Positions 1 through 18,480 are shown, counted from the stretch's first letter. The stretch: 64,000 nucleotides of DNA from Eledone cirrhosa (GCA_964016885.1 OZ024745.1:6944001-7008000), one strand, 5' to 3'. Notes: generated from the letters alone by a model not told the origin. Numbers and translations: made by a program.

Positions 1-3000
1 TATATATAGTATTGCATAGTATATATAGTATTGCATAGTATATATAGGATTATATAGTATTGTATATAGTATATATAGTATTGTATTGTATAGTATATAT
101 AGTATTGTATAGTATATATAGTATATATAGTATTGTATAGTATATATAGTATTGTATAGTATGTATTGTATAGTATATATATATTGTATTGTTATTAGTA
201 TATAGAGTATTGTATATAGTATATATAGTATTGTATATAGTATACATAGATTTGTATAGTATATATAGTATTGTATATAGTATATATATGGTATTGTATA
301 GTATATATAGTATTGTATATAGTATTGTGCATAGTATATATAGTATTTATATAGTATATATAGTATTGCATAGTATATATAGTTTTGTATAGTATATATA
401 GTATTGTATAGTATATATAGTATTGTATAGTATATATAGTATTGTATAGTATATATAGAATTGTATAGTATATATAGAATTGTATAGTATATATAGTATT
501 GTATAGTATATATAGTATTGTATATAGTATATATAGTATTGTATATAGTATATATAGTATTGTATATAGTATATATAGTATTGAATAGTATATATAGTAT
601 TGTATAGTATATATAGTTTTGTATAGTATATATAGTATTGTATATAGTATATATAGTATTGTATAGTATATATAGTATTGTATATAGTATATATAGTATT
701 GTATAGTATATATAGTAGTGTATAGTATATATAGTAGTGTATATAGTATACATAGTATTGTATATAGTATATATAGTATTGTATATAGTATATATAGTAT
801 TGTATATAGTATATATAGTATTGTATAGTATATATAGTATTGTATAGTATATATAGTATTGTATAATATATATAGTATTGTATAGTATATATAGTATATA
901 TAGTATTGTATAGTATATATAGTATTGTATATACTATATACAGTATTGCATAGTATATATAGTATTGTATAGTGTATATAGTATTGGATAGTATATATTA
1001 GTATTGGATAGTATATATAGGATTGTATAGTATATATAGTATTGTATAGTATATATAGTATTGTATAGTATATATAGTATTGTATATAGTATATATAGTA
1101 TTGTATATAGTATATATAGTTTTGTATAGTATAGTAGATAGTATTGCATAGTATATAGAGCAGATATAGTATTGTATAGTATATATAGTATTGTATAGTA
1201 TATATAGTATTGTATAGTATATATAGTATTGTATATAGTATATATATATAGTATTGTATATAGTATATATATATAGTATTGTATAGTATATATATATAGT
1301 ATTGTATAGTATATATAGTATTGTATAGTATATATAGTATTGTATATAGTATATATAGTATTGTAATATATATATAGTATCGTAATATATATATAGTATT
1401 GTAATATATATATAGTATTGTATAGTATATATAGTATTGTGTGTAGTATATATAGTATTGTATAATATATATAGTATTGTATAGTATATATAGTATTGTA
1501 TATAGTATATATAGTATTGTATATAGTATATATGGTATTGTATATAGTATTGTATATAGTATATATAGTATTGTATATAGTATATATAGTATTGTATATA
1601 GTATATATAGTATTGTATATAGTATATATAGTATTGTATATAGTATATATATATAGTATTGTATAGGATATATAGTAATGTGTATAGTATATATAGTAAT
1701 ATATATAGTATATATAGTATTGTATAGAGTATATATATTATTGTATAGAGTATATATAATATTGTATTGTATAGAGTATATATAATATTGTATAGTATAT
1801 ATAGTATTGTATATAATATATATAGTATTTTATAGTATATATAGTATTGTATATTGTATATATAATATTGTAAATTATTGTATAGAATATAGTATATATA
1901 GTATTGTATATTATTGTATAGAATATAGTATATATAGTATTGTATAGTATATATAGTATTGTATATGGTATATATAGTATTGCATAGTATATATAGTATT
2001 GCATAGTATATATAGTATTGCATAGTATATATAGGATTGTATAGTAGATATAGGATTGTATAGTAGATATAGGATTATATAGTAGATATAGTATTGTATA
2101 TAGTATATATAGTATTGTATATAGTATATATAGTATTGTATTGTATATATAGTATTGTATAGTATATATAGTATTGTATAGTATATATAGTATTGTATAG
2201 TATATATAGTATTGTATATAGTATATATAGTATTGCATAGTATATATAGTATTGTATATAGTATAAATAGTATTGCATAGTATATATAGCATATATAGTA
2301 TTGTATAGTATATATAGTATTGTATAGTATAATATAGTATATATAGTATTGTATAGTATATATAGTATTGTATAGTATATATATATAGTATTGTATATAG
2401 TATATATATATAGTATTGTATATAGTATATATATAGTATTGTATAGTATATATACAGTATTGTATAGTATATATAGTATATATAGTATATATAGTATTGT
2501 ATAGTATTGTATGGTATATATAGTATTGTATAGTATATATAGTATTGTATAGTATATATAGTATTGTATAGTATATATAGTATTGTATAGTATTATATGG
2601 TATATATAGTATTGTATAGTATATATAGTATTGTATAGTATTGTATAGTATATAGAGTATTGTATAGTATATATATTGTATTGTATAGTATATATCGTAT
2701 GTAGTATATATAATATTGTATAGTGTATATAATATTGTATAGTATATATAGTATTCTATATAGTATATATGGCATTATATAATATATATAATATTGTATA
2801 TAGTATATATAATATTGTATATAGTATATATAATATTGTATATAGTATATATAATATTGTATATAGTATATATAATATTGTATATAGTATATATAGTATT
2901 GTATATAGTATATATAGTATTATATATAGTATATATGGTATTGTATATAGTATATATAGTATTTCATAATATATATAGTATTGTACATAATATATATAGT

Positions 3001-3939
3001 ATTGTATAGTATATATAGTATTGTATAGTATATATAGTATTGTACAGTATATATAGTATTGTATATAGTATATATAGTATTGTATAGTATATATAGTATT
3101 GTATAGTATATATAGTATTGTATATAGTATATATAGTATTGTATAGTATATATAGTATTGTATATAGTATATATAGTATTGTATAGTATATATAGTATTG
3201 TATAGTATATATAGTATATGTAGTATTGTATATAGTATATGTAGTATTGTATATAGTATATGTAGTATTGTATATAGTATATGTAGTATTGTATATAGCA
3301 TATATAGTATTGTATAGTATATATAGTATAGTATATATATTATAGTATATATAGTATTGTATATAGTATATATAGTATTGTATAGTGTATATCGTATTGT
3401 ATAGTATATATAATAGTTTATAGTATATATATTATTGTATATAGTATATATAGTATTGTATATAGTATATATAGTGTTGTCTAGTATATATAGTAGTGTA
3501 TAGTATATATAGTAGTGTATAGTATATATAGTAGTGTATTTTATATATAGTAGTGTATAGTATGTAGTGTATAGTATATAGAGTATAGTTTATAGAATAT
3601 TGTATATAGTATATAGAGTATTGTATATAGTATATATAGTATTGTATAGTATATATAGTATTGTATAGTATATATAGTATTGTATATAGTATATATAGTA
3701 ATGTAATATATATATAGTATTATAATATATATATAGTATTGTGATATATATATAGTATTGTGTTATATATATAGTATTGTATAATATATATAGTATTGTA
3801 TAGTATATATAGTATTGTATAGTATATATAGTATTGTATAGTATATGTAGTATTGTATAGTATATATAGTATTGTATAGTATATATAGTATTGTGTATAG
3901 TATTGTATAGTATATATAGTATTGTATAGTATATATAGT

Positions 3940-6900
3940 ATTGTATAGTATATATATTATTGTATATAGTATATATAGTATTGTATATAGTATATATAGT
4001 ATTGTATATAGTATATATAGTATTGTATATAGTATATATAGTATTGTATATAGTATATATAGTATTGTATATAGTATATATAGTATTGTATATAGTATAT
4101 ATAGTATTGTATATAGTATATATAGTATTGTATAGTATATATAGTATTGTATATAATATATATAGTATTGTATAGTATATATAGTAATGTGTATAGTATA
4201 TATAGTAATGTGTATAGTATATATAGTAATGTGTATAGTATATATAGTAATGTATATAGTATATATAGTATTGTATATAGTATTGTATATAGTATATATA
4301 GTATTGTATATAGTATATATCGTATTGTATAGTATATATAGTATTGTATATAATATATATAGTATTGTATATAATATATATAGTATTGTATATAATATAT
4401 ATAGTATTGTATATAATATATATAGTATTGTATAGTATATATAGTATTGTATATTGTTTATATAATATTGTATATTATTGTATAGAATATAGTATATATA
4501 GTATTGTATAGAATATAGTATATATAGTATTGTATAGTATATATAGTATTGTATAGTATATATAGTATTGTATAGTATATATAGTATTGTATATGGTATA
4601 TATAGTATTGTATATGGTATATATAGTATTGTATATGGTATATATAGTATTGTATATGGTATATATAGTATTGTATAGTATATATAGTATTGTATATAGT
4701 ATATATCGTATTGCATAGTATATATAGTATTGCATAGTATATATAGGATTATATAGTAGATATAGTATTGTATATAGTAGATATAGTATTGTATATAGTA
4801 GATATAGTATTGTATATAGTATAGATAGTATTGTATTGTATAGTATATATAGTATTGTATAGTATATATAGTATTGTATAGTATATATAGTATATATAGT
4901 ATTGTATAGTATATATAGTATTATATAGTATATATAGTATTGTATAGTATATATAGTATTGTATAGTATTATATAGTATATATATTATTGTATAGTATAT
5001 ATAGTATTGTATAGTATATATAGTATTGTATAGTATATATATTATTGTATAGTATATACAGTATTGTACAGTATATATAGAATTTTATAGTATATATAGT
5101 ATTGTATATAGTATTGTATATAGTATATATATAGTATTGTATAGTATATATAGCATTTATATAGTATATATGGTATTGTATAGTATATATAGTATTGTAT
5201 ATATTATATATTGTATTGTATAGTATATATAGTATTGTATATATTATATATAGTATTGTATAGTATATATAATATTGTGCATAGTATATATAATATTGCA
5301 TAAAGTATATATAGTATTGTATATAGTATATATGGTATTGTATAGTATATATAGTATTGTATAGTATGTAAAGTATTATATAGTATATGTAGTATTGTAT
5401 AAAGTATTTTATATCTTATATATATTATTGTATATCTTATATATAGTATTGTATATCTTATATATAGTATTGTATAGTATATATATCGTATTGTATAGTA
5501 CATATCGTATTGTATATAGTATATATAGTATTGTATATAGTATATATAGTAGTGTATATAGTATTGTATAGTATATATACTATTTATAGTATATATAGTA
5601 TTGTATATATTATTGTATATCGTATATATAGTATTGTATAGTATATATATTGTATTGTATAGTGTATATATTGTATTGTATAGTATATATATTGTATTGT
5701 ATAGTATATATCGTATTGTGTATACAATATTGTATAGAATATATAGTATTGTATGTAGTACATATGGTATTGTATAGTATATATAGTATTGTATACAGTA
5801 TATATAGTATTGTATAGTATATATAGTATTTATATATTATATATAGTATTGCATAGTATATATAGTATTTTATGGTATATATAGTATTTTATGGTATATA
5901 TAGTATTGTATAGTATATATATTATTGTATATTGTATCGTATATTATATATAGTATTTGTATAGTATATATAGTATTTATATAGTATATATAGTATTGCA
6001 TAGTATATATATAGTATTGCATAGTATATATATAGTATTGTATAGTATATATAGGATTGTATATAGTATATATAGTATTGTATATAGTATATATAGTATT
6101 GTATATAGTATATATATTATTGTATAGTACATACTGTATTGTATATTATATATAATATTGTATAGTATATATAGTATTGTATATAGTATTGTATATAGTA
6201 TTGTATATATATATAGTATTGTATAGTACATATAGTATTGTATAGTACATATAGTATTGTATAGTACATATAGTATTGTATAGTATATATAGTATTGTAT
6301 AGTATTTATAGTATTGTATAGTATATATAGTATTGTATAGTATTGTATAGTATATATAGTATTGTATAGTATATATAGTATTGTATATAGTATATATAGT
6401 ATTGTATAGTATATATCGTATTGTATAATATATATAGTATTGTATAGAGTATATATAGTATTGTATAGAGTATATATAGTATTGTATAGATTATATATAG
6501 TATTGTATAGAGTATATATAGTATTGTATAGAGTATATATAGTATTGTATAGAGTATATATAGTATTGTATATAGTATATATAGTATTGTATATAGTATA
6601 TATAGTATTGTATATAGTATATATAGTAGTGTATAGTATATATAGTATTGTATAGTATATATAGTATTGTATAGTATATATAGTATTGTATAGTATATAT
6701 AGTATTGTATAGTATATATAGTATTGTATAGTATATATAGTATTGTATATAGTATATATAGTATTGTATATAGTATATATATATAGTATTGTATATAGTA
6801 TATATATATAGTATTGTATATAGTATATATATATAGTATTGTATAGTATATATAGTATTGTATAGTATATATAGTATTGTATAGTATATATAGTATTGTA

Positions 6901-9900
6901 TACTATATATAGTATTGTATACTATATATAGTATTGTATAGTATATATAGTATTGTATATAGTATATATAGTATTGTATATAGTATATATAGTATTGTAT
7001 AGTATATATAGTATTGTATAGTATATATAGTATTGTATAGTATATATAGTATTGTATAGTATATATAGTATTGTATAGTATATATAGTATTGTATATAGT
7101 ATATATAGTATTGTATATAGTATATATATATAGTATTGTATAGTATATATAGTATTGTATAGTATATATAGTATTGTATAGTATATATAGTATTGTATAG
7201 TATATATAGTACTGTATAGTATATATAGTATTATATAGTATTGTATTGTATAGTATATATAGTATTGTATAGTGTATATAGTATTGTATAGTGTATATAG
7301 TATTGTATAGTGTATATAGTATTGTATAGTGTATATAGCATTGTATAGTGTATATAGTATTGTATAGTGTATATAGTATTGTATAGTATATTTATTAGTG
7401 TATAGTATATATAGTATTGTATAGTATATATAGTATTGTATATAATATATATAGTATTGTATATAATATATATAGTATAGTATATAGAGTATTGTATATA
7501 GTATATATAGTATTTTATATAGTATATATAGTATTGTATAGTATATATAGTATTGTATATAGTATATATAGTATTGTATATAGTATATATAGTATTGTAT
7601 ATAGTATATATAGTATTGTATATAGTATATATAGTATTGTATATAGTATATATAGTATTGTATATAGTATATATAGTATTGTATAGTATATATAGTATTG
7701 TATATAATATATATAGTATTTTATAGTATATATAGTAATGTGTATAGTATATATAGTAATGTGTATAGTATATATAGTAATGTGTATAGTATATATAGTA
7801 ATGTATATAGTATATATAGTATTGTATATAGTATATATAGTATTGTATATAGTATATATAGTATTGTATATAGTATATATCGTATTGTATAGTATATATA
7901 GTATTGTATATAATATATATAGTATTGTATATAATATATATAGTATTGTATATAATATATATAGTATTGTATATAATATATATAGTATTGTATAGTATAT
8001 ATAGTATTGTATATTGTTTATATAATATTGTATATTATTGTATAGAATATAGTATATATAGTATTGTATAGAATATAGTATATATAGTATTGTATAGTAT
8101 ATATAGTATTGTATAGTATATATAGTATTGTATAGTATATATAGTATTGTATATGGTATATATAGTATTGTATATGGTATATATAGTATTGTATATGGTA
8201 TATATAGTATTGTATATGGTATATATAGTATTGTATAGTATATATAGTATTGTATATAGTATATATCGTATTGCATAGTATATATAGTATTGCATAGTAT
8301 ATATAGGATTATATAGTAGATATAGTATTGTATATAGTAGATATAGTATTGTATATAGTAGATATAGTATTGTATATAGTATAGATAGTATTGTATTGTA
8401 TAGTATATATAGTATTGTATAGTATATATAGTATTGTATAGTATATATAGTATATATAGTATTGTATAGTATATATAGTATTATATAGTATATATAGTAT
8501 TGTATAGTATATATAGTATTGTATAGTATTATATAGTATATATATTATTGTATAGTATATATAGTATTGTATAGTATATATAGTATTGTATAGTATATAT
8601 ATTATTGTATAGTATATACAGTATTGTACAGTATATATAGAATTTTATAGTATATATAGTATTGTATATAGTATTGTATATAGTATATATATAGTATTGT
8701 ATAGTATATATAGCATTTATATAGTATATATGGTATTGTATAGTATATATAGTATTGTATATATTATATATTGTATTGTATAGTATATATAGTATTGTAT
8801 ATATTATATATAGTATTGTATAGTATATATAATATTGTGCATAGTATATATAATATTGCATAAAGTATATATAGTATTGTATATAGTATATATGGTATTG
8901 TATAGTATATATAGTATTGTATAGTATGTAAAGTATTATATAGTATATGTAGTATTGTATAAAGTATTTTATATCTTATATATATTATTGTATATCTTAT
9001 ATATAGTATTGTATATCTTATATATAGTATTGTATAGTATATATATCGTATTGTATAGTACATATCGTATTGTATATAGTATATATAGTATTGTATATAG
9101 TATATATAGTAGTGTATATAGTATTGTATAGTATATATACTATTTATAGTATATATAGTATTGTATATATTATTGTATATCGTATATATAGTATTGTATA
9201 GTATATATATTGTATTGTATAGTGTATATATTGTATTGTATAGTATATATATTGTATTGTATAGTATATATCGTATTGTGTATACAATATTGTATAGAAT
9301 ATATAGTATTGTATGTAGTACATATGGTATTGTATAGTATATATAGTATTGTATACAGTATATATAGTATTGTATAGTATATATAGTATTTATATATTAT
9401 ATATAGTATAGCATAGTATATATAGTATTTTATGGTATATATAGTATTTTATGGTATATATAGTATTGTATAGTATATATATTATTGTATATTGTATCGT
9501 ATATTATATATAGTATTTGTATAGTATATATAGTATTTATATAGTATATATAGTATTGCATAGTATATATATAGTATTGCATAGTATATATATAGTATTG
9601 TATAGTATATATAGGATTGTATATAGTATATATAGTATTGTATATAGTATTGTATATAGTATTGTATATATATATAGTATTGTATAGTACATATAGTATT
9701 GTATAGTACATATAGTATTGTATAGTATATATAGTATTGTATAGTATATATAGTATTGTATAGTATATATAGTATTGTATAGTATTGTATAGTATATATA
9801 GTATTGTATAGTATATATAGTATTGTATATAGTATATATAGTATTGTATAGTATATATCGTATTGTATAATATATATAGTATTGTATAGAGTATATATAG

Positions 9901-11035
9901 TATTGTATAGAGTATATATAGTATTGTATAGATTATATATAGTATTGTATAGAGTATATATAGTATTGTATAGAGTATATATAGTATTGTATAGAGTATA
10001 TATAGTATTGTATATAGTATATATAGTATTGTATATAGTATATATAGTATTGTATATAGTATATATAGTAGTGTATAGTATATATAGTATTGTATAGTAT
10101 ATATAGTATTGTATAGTATATATAGTATTGTATAGTATATATAGTATTGTATAGTATATATATTATTGTATATAGTATATATAGTATTGTATATAGTATA
10201 TATATATAGTATTGTATATAGTATATATATATAGTATTGTATATAGTATATATATATAGTATTGTATAGTATATATAGTATTGTATAGTATATATAGTAT
10301 TGTATAGTATATATAGTATTGTATAGTATATATAGTATTGTATACTATATATAGTATTGTATACTATATATAGTATTGTATAGTATATATAGTATTGTAT
10401 ATAGTATATATAGTATTGTATATAGTATATATAGTATTGTATAGTATATATAGTATTGTATAGTATATATAGTATTGTATAGTATATATAGTATTGTATA
10501 GTATATATAGTATTGTATAGTATATATAGTATTGTATATAGTATATATAGTATTGTATATAGTATATATATATAGTATTGTATAGTATATATAGTATTGT
10601 ATAGTATATATAGTATTGTATAGTATATATAGTATTGTATAGTATATATAGTACTGTATAGTATATATAGTATTATATAGTATTGTATTGTATAGTATAT
10701 ATAGTATTGTATAGTGTATATAGTATTGTATAGTGTATATAGTATTGTATAGTGTATATAGTATTGTATAGTGTATATAGCATTGTATAGTGTATATAGT
10801 ATTGTATAGTGTATATAGTATTGTATAGTATATTTATTAGTGTATAGTATATATAGTATTGTATAGTATATATAGTATTGTATATAATATATATAGTATT
10901 GTATATAATATATATAGTATAGTATATAGAGTATTGTATATAGTATATATAGTATTTTATATAGTATATATAGTATTGTATAGTATATATAGTATTGTAT
11001 ATAGTATATATAGTATTGTATATAGTATATATAGT
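3940..11035. repeat. Tandem duplication of an about 3.5-kb higher-order unit (two near-identical copies)
   Basis: Rare variants recur at a fixed offset: GGATTATATAGTAGA at 4746/8306 and GTATGTAAAG at 5364/8924 (offset 3560). Identical ORF translations lie at 4475/8035, 4969/8529 and 5204/8764. The offset drops to 3442 at 6440/9882 and 7417/10859. Confidence 0.93.
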
Positions 11036-12199
11036 ATTGTATTATATATAGAGTATTGTATAGTGTATATAGTATTGTGTATAATATATATAGTATTGTA
11101 TAGTATATATAGTATTGCATAATATATATAGTATTGTATAGTATATATAGTATTGTATAGTGTATATAGTATTGTGTATAGTATATATAGTATTGTATAG
11201 TATATATAGTATTGTATAGTAAATATAGTATTGTATATAGTATATATAGAATTGTATAGTGTATATAGTATTGTATAGTATATATAGTATTGTATATAGT
11301 ATTGTATATCGTATATATAGTATTGTATAATATATATATTGTATTGTATAGTATATATATTGTATTGTATATAGTATATATAGTAATGTAATATATATAT
11401 AGTATTGTGATATATATATAGTATTGTATAATATATATAGTATTGTATAGTATATATAGTATTGTGTATAGTATATATAGTATTGTATAGTATATATAGT
11501 ATTGTATATAGTATATATAGTATTGTATATAGTATATATAGTATTGTATATAGTATATATAGTATTGTATATAGTATATATAGTATTGTATATAGTATAT
11601 ATAGTATTGTATATAGTATTGTATATAGTATATATAGTATTGTATATAGTATATATAGTATTGTATATAGTATATATAGTATTGTATATAGTATATATAG
11701 TATTGTGTAGTATATATAGTAATGTGTATAGTATATATAGTAATGTGTATAGTATATATAGTAATGTGTATAGTATATATAGTAATGTGTATAGTATATA
11801 TAGTAATGTGTATAGTATATATAGTAATGTATATAGTATATATAGTATTGTATATAGTATATATAGTATTGTATATAGTATATATCGTATTGTATAGTAT
11901 ATATAGTATTGTATATAATATATATAGTATTGTATATAATATATATAGTATTGTATAGTATATATAGTATTGTATATTGTTTATATAATATTGTATATTA
12001 TTGTATAGAATATAGTATATATAGTATTGTATAGAATATAGTATATATATTATTGTATAGTATATATAGTATTGTATAGTATATATAGTATTGTATAGTA
12101 TATATAGTATTGTATATGGTATATATAGTATTGTATAGTATATATAGTATTGTATATGGTATATATAGTATTGTATATGGTATATATAGTATTGTATAG

Positions 12200-15100
12200 T
12201 ATATATAGTATTGTATATAGTATATATAGTATTGCATAGTATATATAGTATTGCATAGTATATAGAGGATTATGTAGTAGATATAGTATTGTATATAGTA
12301 TATATAGTATTGTATTGTATAGTATATATAGTATTGTATAGTATATATAGTATTGTAAAGTATATATAGTATTGTATAGTATATATAGTATATATAGTAT
12401 TGTATAGTATATATAGTATATATAGTATTGTATAGTATATATAGTATTATATAGTATATATAGTATTGTATAGTATATATAGTATTGTATAGTATTATAT
12501 AGTATATATATTATTGTATAGTATATATAATATTGTATTATATATATAGTATTGTATAGTATATACAGTATTGTATAGTATATATAGAAATTTATAGTAT
12601 ATATAGTAGTGTATATAGTATTGTATATAGTATATATATAGTATTGTATATAGTATATATATAGTATTGTATAGTATATATAGCATTTATATAGTATATA
12701 TGGTATTGTATAGTATATATAGTATTGTATATATTATATATTGTATTGTATAGTATTTATAGTATTGTATATATTATATATAGTATTGTATAGTATATAT
12801 AATATTGTGTATAGTATATATAATATTGCATAAAGTATATATAGTATTGTATATAGTATATATGGTATTGTATAGTATATATAGTATTGTATAGTATGTA
12901 AAGTATTATATAGTATATGTAGTATTGTATAAAGTATTGTATATCTTATATATAGTATTGTACAGTATATATATCGTATTGTATAGTACATATCGTATTG
13001 TATATAGTATATATAGTATTGTATATAGTATATATAGTAGTGTATATAGTATTGTATAGTATATATAGTATTTATAGTATATATAGTATTGTATATAGTA
13101 TTGTATATCATATATATAGTATTGTATAGTATATATATTGTATTGTATATTGTATATATTGTATTGTATAGTATATATATTGTATTGTATAGTATATATC
13201 GTATTGTATATATAACATTGTATAGAATATATAGTATTGTATGTAGTACATATGGTATTGTATAGTATATATAGTATTGTATACAGTATATATAGTATTG
13301 TATAGTATATATAGTATTTATATATTATATATAGTATTGCATAGTATATATAGTATTTTATGGTATATATAGTATTGTATAGTATATATATTATTGTATA
13401 TTGTATCCTATAGTATATATAGTATTTATATAGTATATATAGTATTTATATAGTATATATAGTATTGCATAGTATATATATAGTATTGCATAGTATATAT
13501 ATAGTATTGTATAGTATATATAGGATGGTATATAGTATATATAGTATTGTATATAGTATATATATTATTGTATAGTACATACAGTATTGTATATTATATA
13601 TAATATTGTATAGTATATATAGTATTGTATATAGTATTGTATATATATATAGTATTGTATAGTACATATAGTATTGTATAGTATATATAGTATTGTATAG
13701 TATATATAGTATTGTATAGTATATATAGTATCGTATAGTATATATAGTATTGTATAGTATATATAGTATTGTATAGTATTGTATAGTATATATAGTATTG
13801 TATAGTATTGTATAGTATATATAGTATTGTATAGTATATATAGTATTGTATATAATATATATAATATTATATAATCTATATAGTATTGTATAGTATATAT
13901 AGTATTGTATAGTATATATAGTATTGTATATAGTATATATAGTATTGTATAGTATATATCGTATTGTATAGTATATATAGTATTGTATAGAGTATATATA
14001 GTATTGTATAGAGTATATATAGTATTGTATAGAGTATATATAGTATTGTATAGAGTATATATAGTATTGTATAGAGTATATATAGTATTGTATAGAGTAT
14101 ATATAGTATTGTATATAATATATATAGTATTGTATAGTATATATAGTATTGTATATGGTATATATAGTATTGTATATGGTATATATAGTATTGTATATGG
14201 TATATATAGTATTGTATATGGTATATATAGTATTGTATAGTATATATAGTATTGTATATAGTATATATATTATTGTATAGTATATATAGTATTGTATAGA
14301 GTATATATAGTATTGTATAGAGTATATATAGTATTGTATAGAGTATATATAGTATTGTATAGAGTATATATAGTATTGTATAGAGTATATATAGTATTGT
14401 ATAGAGTATATATAGTATTGTATATAGTATATATAGTATTGTATAGTATATATATTATTGTATATGGTATATATAGTATTGTATAGTATATATAGTATTG
14501 TATATGGTATATATAGTATTGTATAGTATATATAGTATTGTATATGGTATATATAGTATTGTATATGGTATATATAGTATTGTATAGTATATATAGTATT
14601 GTATATAGTATATATAGTATTGCATAGTATATATAGTATTGCATAGTATATATATAGGATTATGTAGTAGATATAGTATTGTATATAGTATATATAGTAT
14701 TGTATTTTATAGTATATATAGTATTGTATAGTATATATAGTATTGTATAGTATATATAGTATTGTAAAGTATATATAGTATTGTATAATATATATAGTAT
14801 TGTATAGTATATATAGTATATATAGTATTGTATAGTATTATATAGTATATATAGTATTGTATAGTATATATAGTATTGTATAGTATTATATAGTATATAT
14901 ATTATTGTATAGTATATATAATATTGTATTATATATATAGTATTGTATAGTATATACAGTATTGTATAGTATATATAGAAATTTATAGTATATATAGTAT
15001 TGTATATAGTATTGTATATAGTATATATATAGTATTGTATATAGTATATATATAGTATTGTATAGTATATATAGCATTTATATAGTATATATGGTATTGT

Positions 15101-18100
15101 ATAGTATTTATAGTATTGTATATATTATATATAGTATTGTATAGTATATATAATATTGTGTATAGTATATATAATATTGCATAAAGTATATATAGTATTG
15201 TATATAGTATATATGGTATTGTATAGTATATATAGTATTGTATAGTATGTAAAGTATTATATAGTATATGTAGTATTGTATAAAGTATTGTATATCTTAT
15301 ATATAGTATTGTATAGTATATATATCGTATTGTATAGTACATATCGTATTGTATATAGTATATATAGTATTGTATATAGTATATATAGTAGTGTATATAG
15401 TATTGTATAGTATATATAGTATTTATAGTATATATAGTATTGTATATAGTATTGTATATCGTATATATAGTATTGTATAGTATATATATTGTATTGTATA
15501 TTGTATATATTGTATTGTATAGTATATATATTGTATTGTATAGTATATATCGTATTGTATATATAATATTGTATAGAATATATAGTATTGTATGTAGTAC
15601 ATATGGTATTGTATAGTATATATAGTATTGTATACAGTATATATAGTATTGTATAGTATATATAGTATTTATATATTATATATAGTATTGCATAGTATAT
15701 ATAGTATTTTATGGTATATATAGTATTTTATGGTATATATAGTATTGTATAGTATATATATTATTGTATATTGTATCGTATAGTATATATAGTATTTATA
15801 TAGTATATATAGTATTTATATAGTATATATAGTATTGCATAGTATATATATAGTATTGCATAGTATATATATAGTATTGTATAGTATATATAGGATTGTA
15901 TATAGTATATATAGTATTGTATATAGTATATATATTATTGTATAGTACATACAGTATTGTATATTATATATAATATTGTATAGTATATATAGTATTGTAT
16001 ATAGTATTGTATATATATATAGTATTGTATAGTACATATAGTATTGTATAGTATATATAGTATTGTATAGTATATATAGTATTGTATAGTATATATAGTA
16101 TCGTATAGTATATATAGTATTGTATAGTATATATAGTATTGTATAGTATTGTATAGTATATATAGTATTGTATAGTATTGTATAGTATATATAGTATTGT
16201 ATAGTATATATAGTATTGTATATAATATATATAATATTATATAATCTATATAGTATTGTATAGTATATATAGTATTGTATAGTATATATAGTATTGTATA
16301 TAGTATATATAGTATTGTATAGTATATATCGTATTGTATAGTATATATAGTATTGTATAGAGTATATATAGTATTGTATAGAGTATATATAGTATTGTAT
16401 AGAGTATATATAGTATTGTATAGAGTATATATAGTATTGTATAGAGTATATATAGTATTGTATAGAGTATATATAGTATTGTATAGAGTATATATAGTAT
16501 TGTATATAATATATATAGTATTGTATAGTATATATAGTATTGTATATGGTATATATAGTATTGTATATGGTATATATAGTATTGTATATGGTATATATAG
16601 TATTGTATAGTATATATAGTATTGTATATAGTATATATATTATTGTATAGTATATATAGTATTGTATAGAGTATATATAGTATTGTATAGAGTATATATA
16701 GTATTGTATAGAGTATATATAGTATTGTATAGAGTATATATAGTATTGTATAGAGTATATATAGTATTGTATAGAGTATATATAGTATTGTATATAGTAT
16801 ATATAGTATTGTATAGTATATATATTATTGTATATGGTATATATAGTATTGTATAGTATATATAGTATTGTATATGGTATATATAGTATTGTATAGTATA
16901 TATAGTATTTTATATGGTATATATAGTATTGTATATGGTATATATAGTATTGTATAGTATATATAGTATTGTATATAGTATATATAGTATTGCATAGTAT
17001 ATATAGTATTGCATAGTATATATATAGGATTATGTAGTAGATATAGTATTGTATATAGTATATATAGTATTGTATTTTATAGTATATATAGTATTGTATA
17101 GTATATATAGTATTGTATAGTATATATAGTATTGTAAAGTATATATAGTATTGTATAATATATATAGTATTGTATAGTATATATAGTATATATAGTATTG
17201 TATAGTATTATATAGTATATATAGTATTGTATAGTATATATAGTATTGTATAGTATTATATAGTATATATATTATTGTATAGTATATATAATATTGTATT
17301 ATATATATAGTATTGTATAGTATATACAGTATTGTATAGTATATATAGAAATTTATAGTATATATAGTATTGTATATAGTATTGTATATAGTATATATAT
17401 AGTATTGTATATAGTATATATATAGTATTGTATAGTATATATAGCATTTATATAGTATATATGGTATTGTATAGTATATATAAAATTGTATATATTATAT
17501 ATTGTATTGTATAGTATATATAGTATTGTATATATTATATATAGTATTGTATAGTATATATAATATTGTGTATAGTATATATAATATTGCATAAAGTATA
17601 TATAGTATTGTATATAGTATATATGGTATTGTATAGTATATATAGTATTGTATAGTATGTAAAGTATTATATAGTATATGTAGTATTGTATAAAGTATTG
17701 TATATCTTATATATAGTATTGTATAGTATATATATCGTATTGTATAGTACATATCGTATTGTATATAGTATATATAGTATTGTATATAGTATATATAGTA
17801 GTGTATATAGTATTGTATAGTATATATAGTATTTATAGTATATATAGTATTGTATATAGTATTGTATATCGTATATATATAGTATTGTATAGTATATATA
17901 TTGTATTGTATAGTATATATATTGTATTGTATAGTATATATCGTATTGTATATATAATATTGTATAGAATATATAGTATTGTATGTAGTACATATGGTAT
18001 TGTATAGTATATATAGTATTCTATAGTATATATAGTATTTATATATTATATATATTATTGCATAGTATATATAGTATTTTATGGTATATATAGTATTTTA

Positions 18101-18480
18101 TGGTATATATAGTATTTTATGGTATATATAGTATTGTATAGTATATATATTATTGTATATTGTATCATATAGTATATATAGTATTTATATAGTATATATA
18201 GTATTGCATAGTATATATATAGTATTGCATAGTATATATATAGTATTGTATAGTATATATAGGATTGTATATAGTATATATAGTATTGTATATAGTATAT
18301 ATATTATTGTATAGTACATATAGTATTGTATATTATATATAATATTGTATAGTATATATAGTATTGTATATAGTATTGTATATAGTATTGTATATATATA
18401 TAGTATTGTATAGTACATATAGTATTGTATAGTATATATAGTATTGTATATAATATATATAATATTATATAATCTATATA
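12200..18480. repeat. About 2.37-kb higher-order repeat, roughly 2.6 tandem copies
   Basis: GGATTATGTAGTAGA occurs at 12267, 14657 and 17027. Matching ORF translations lie at 13446/15816 (similar at 18185), 13983/16353, 14292/16662 and 14886/17256 (offset 2370). Confidence 0.92.
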
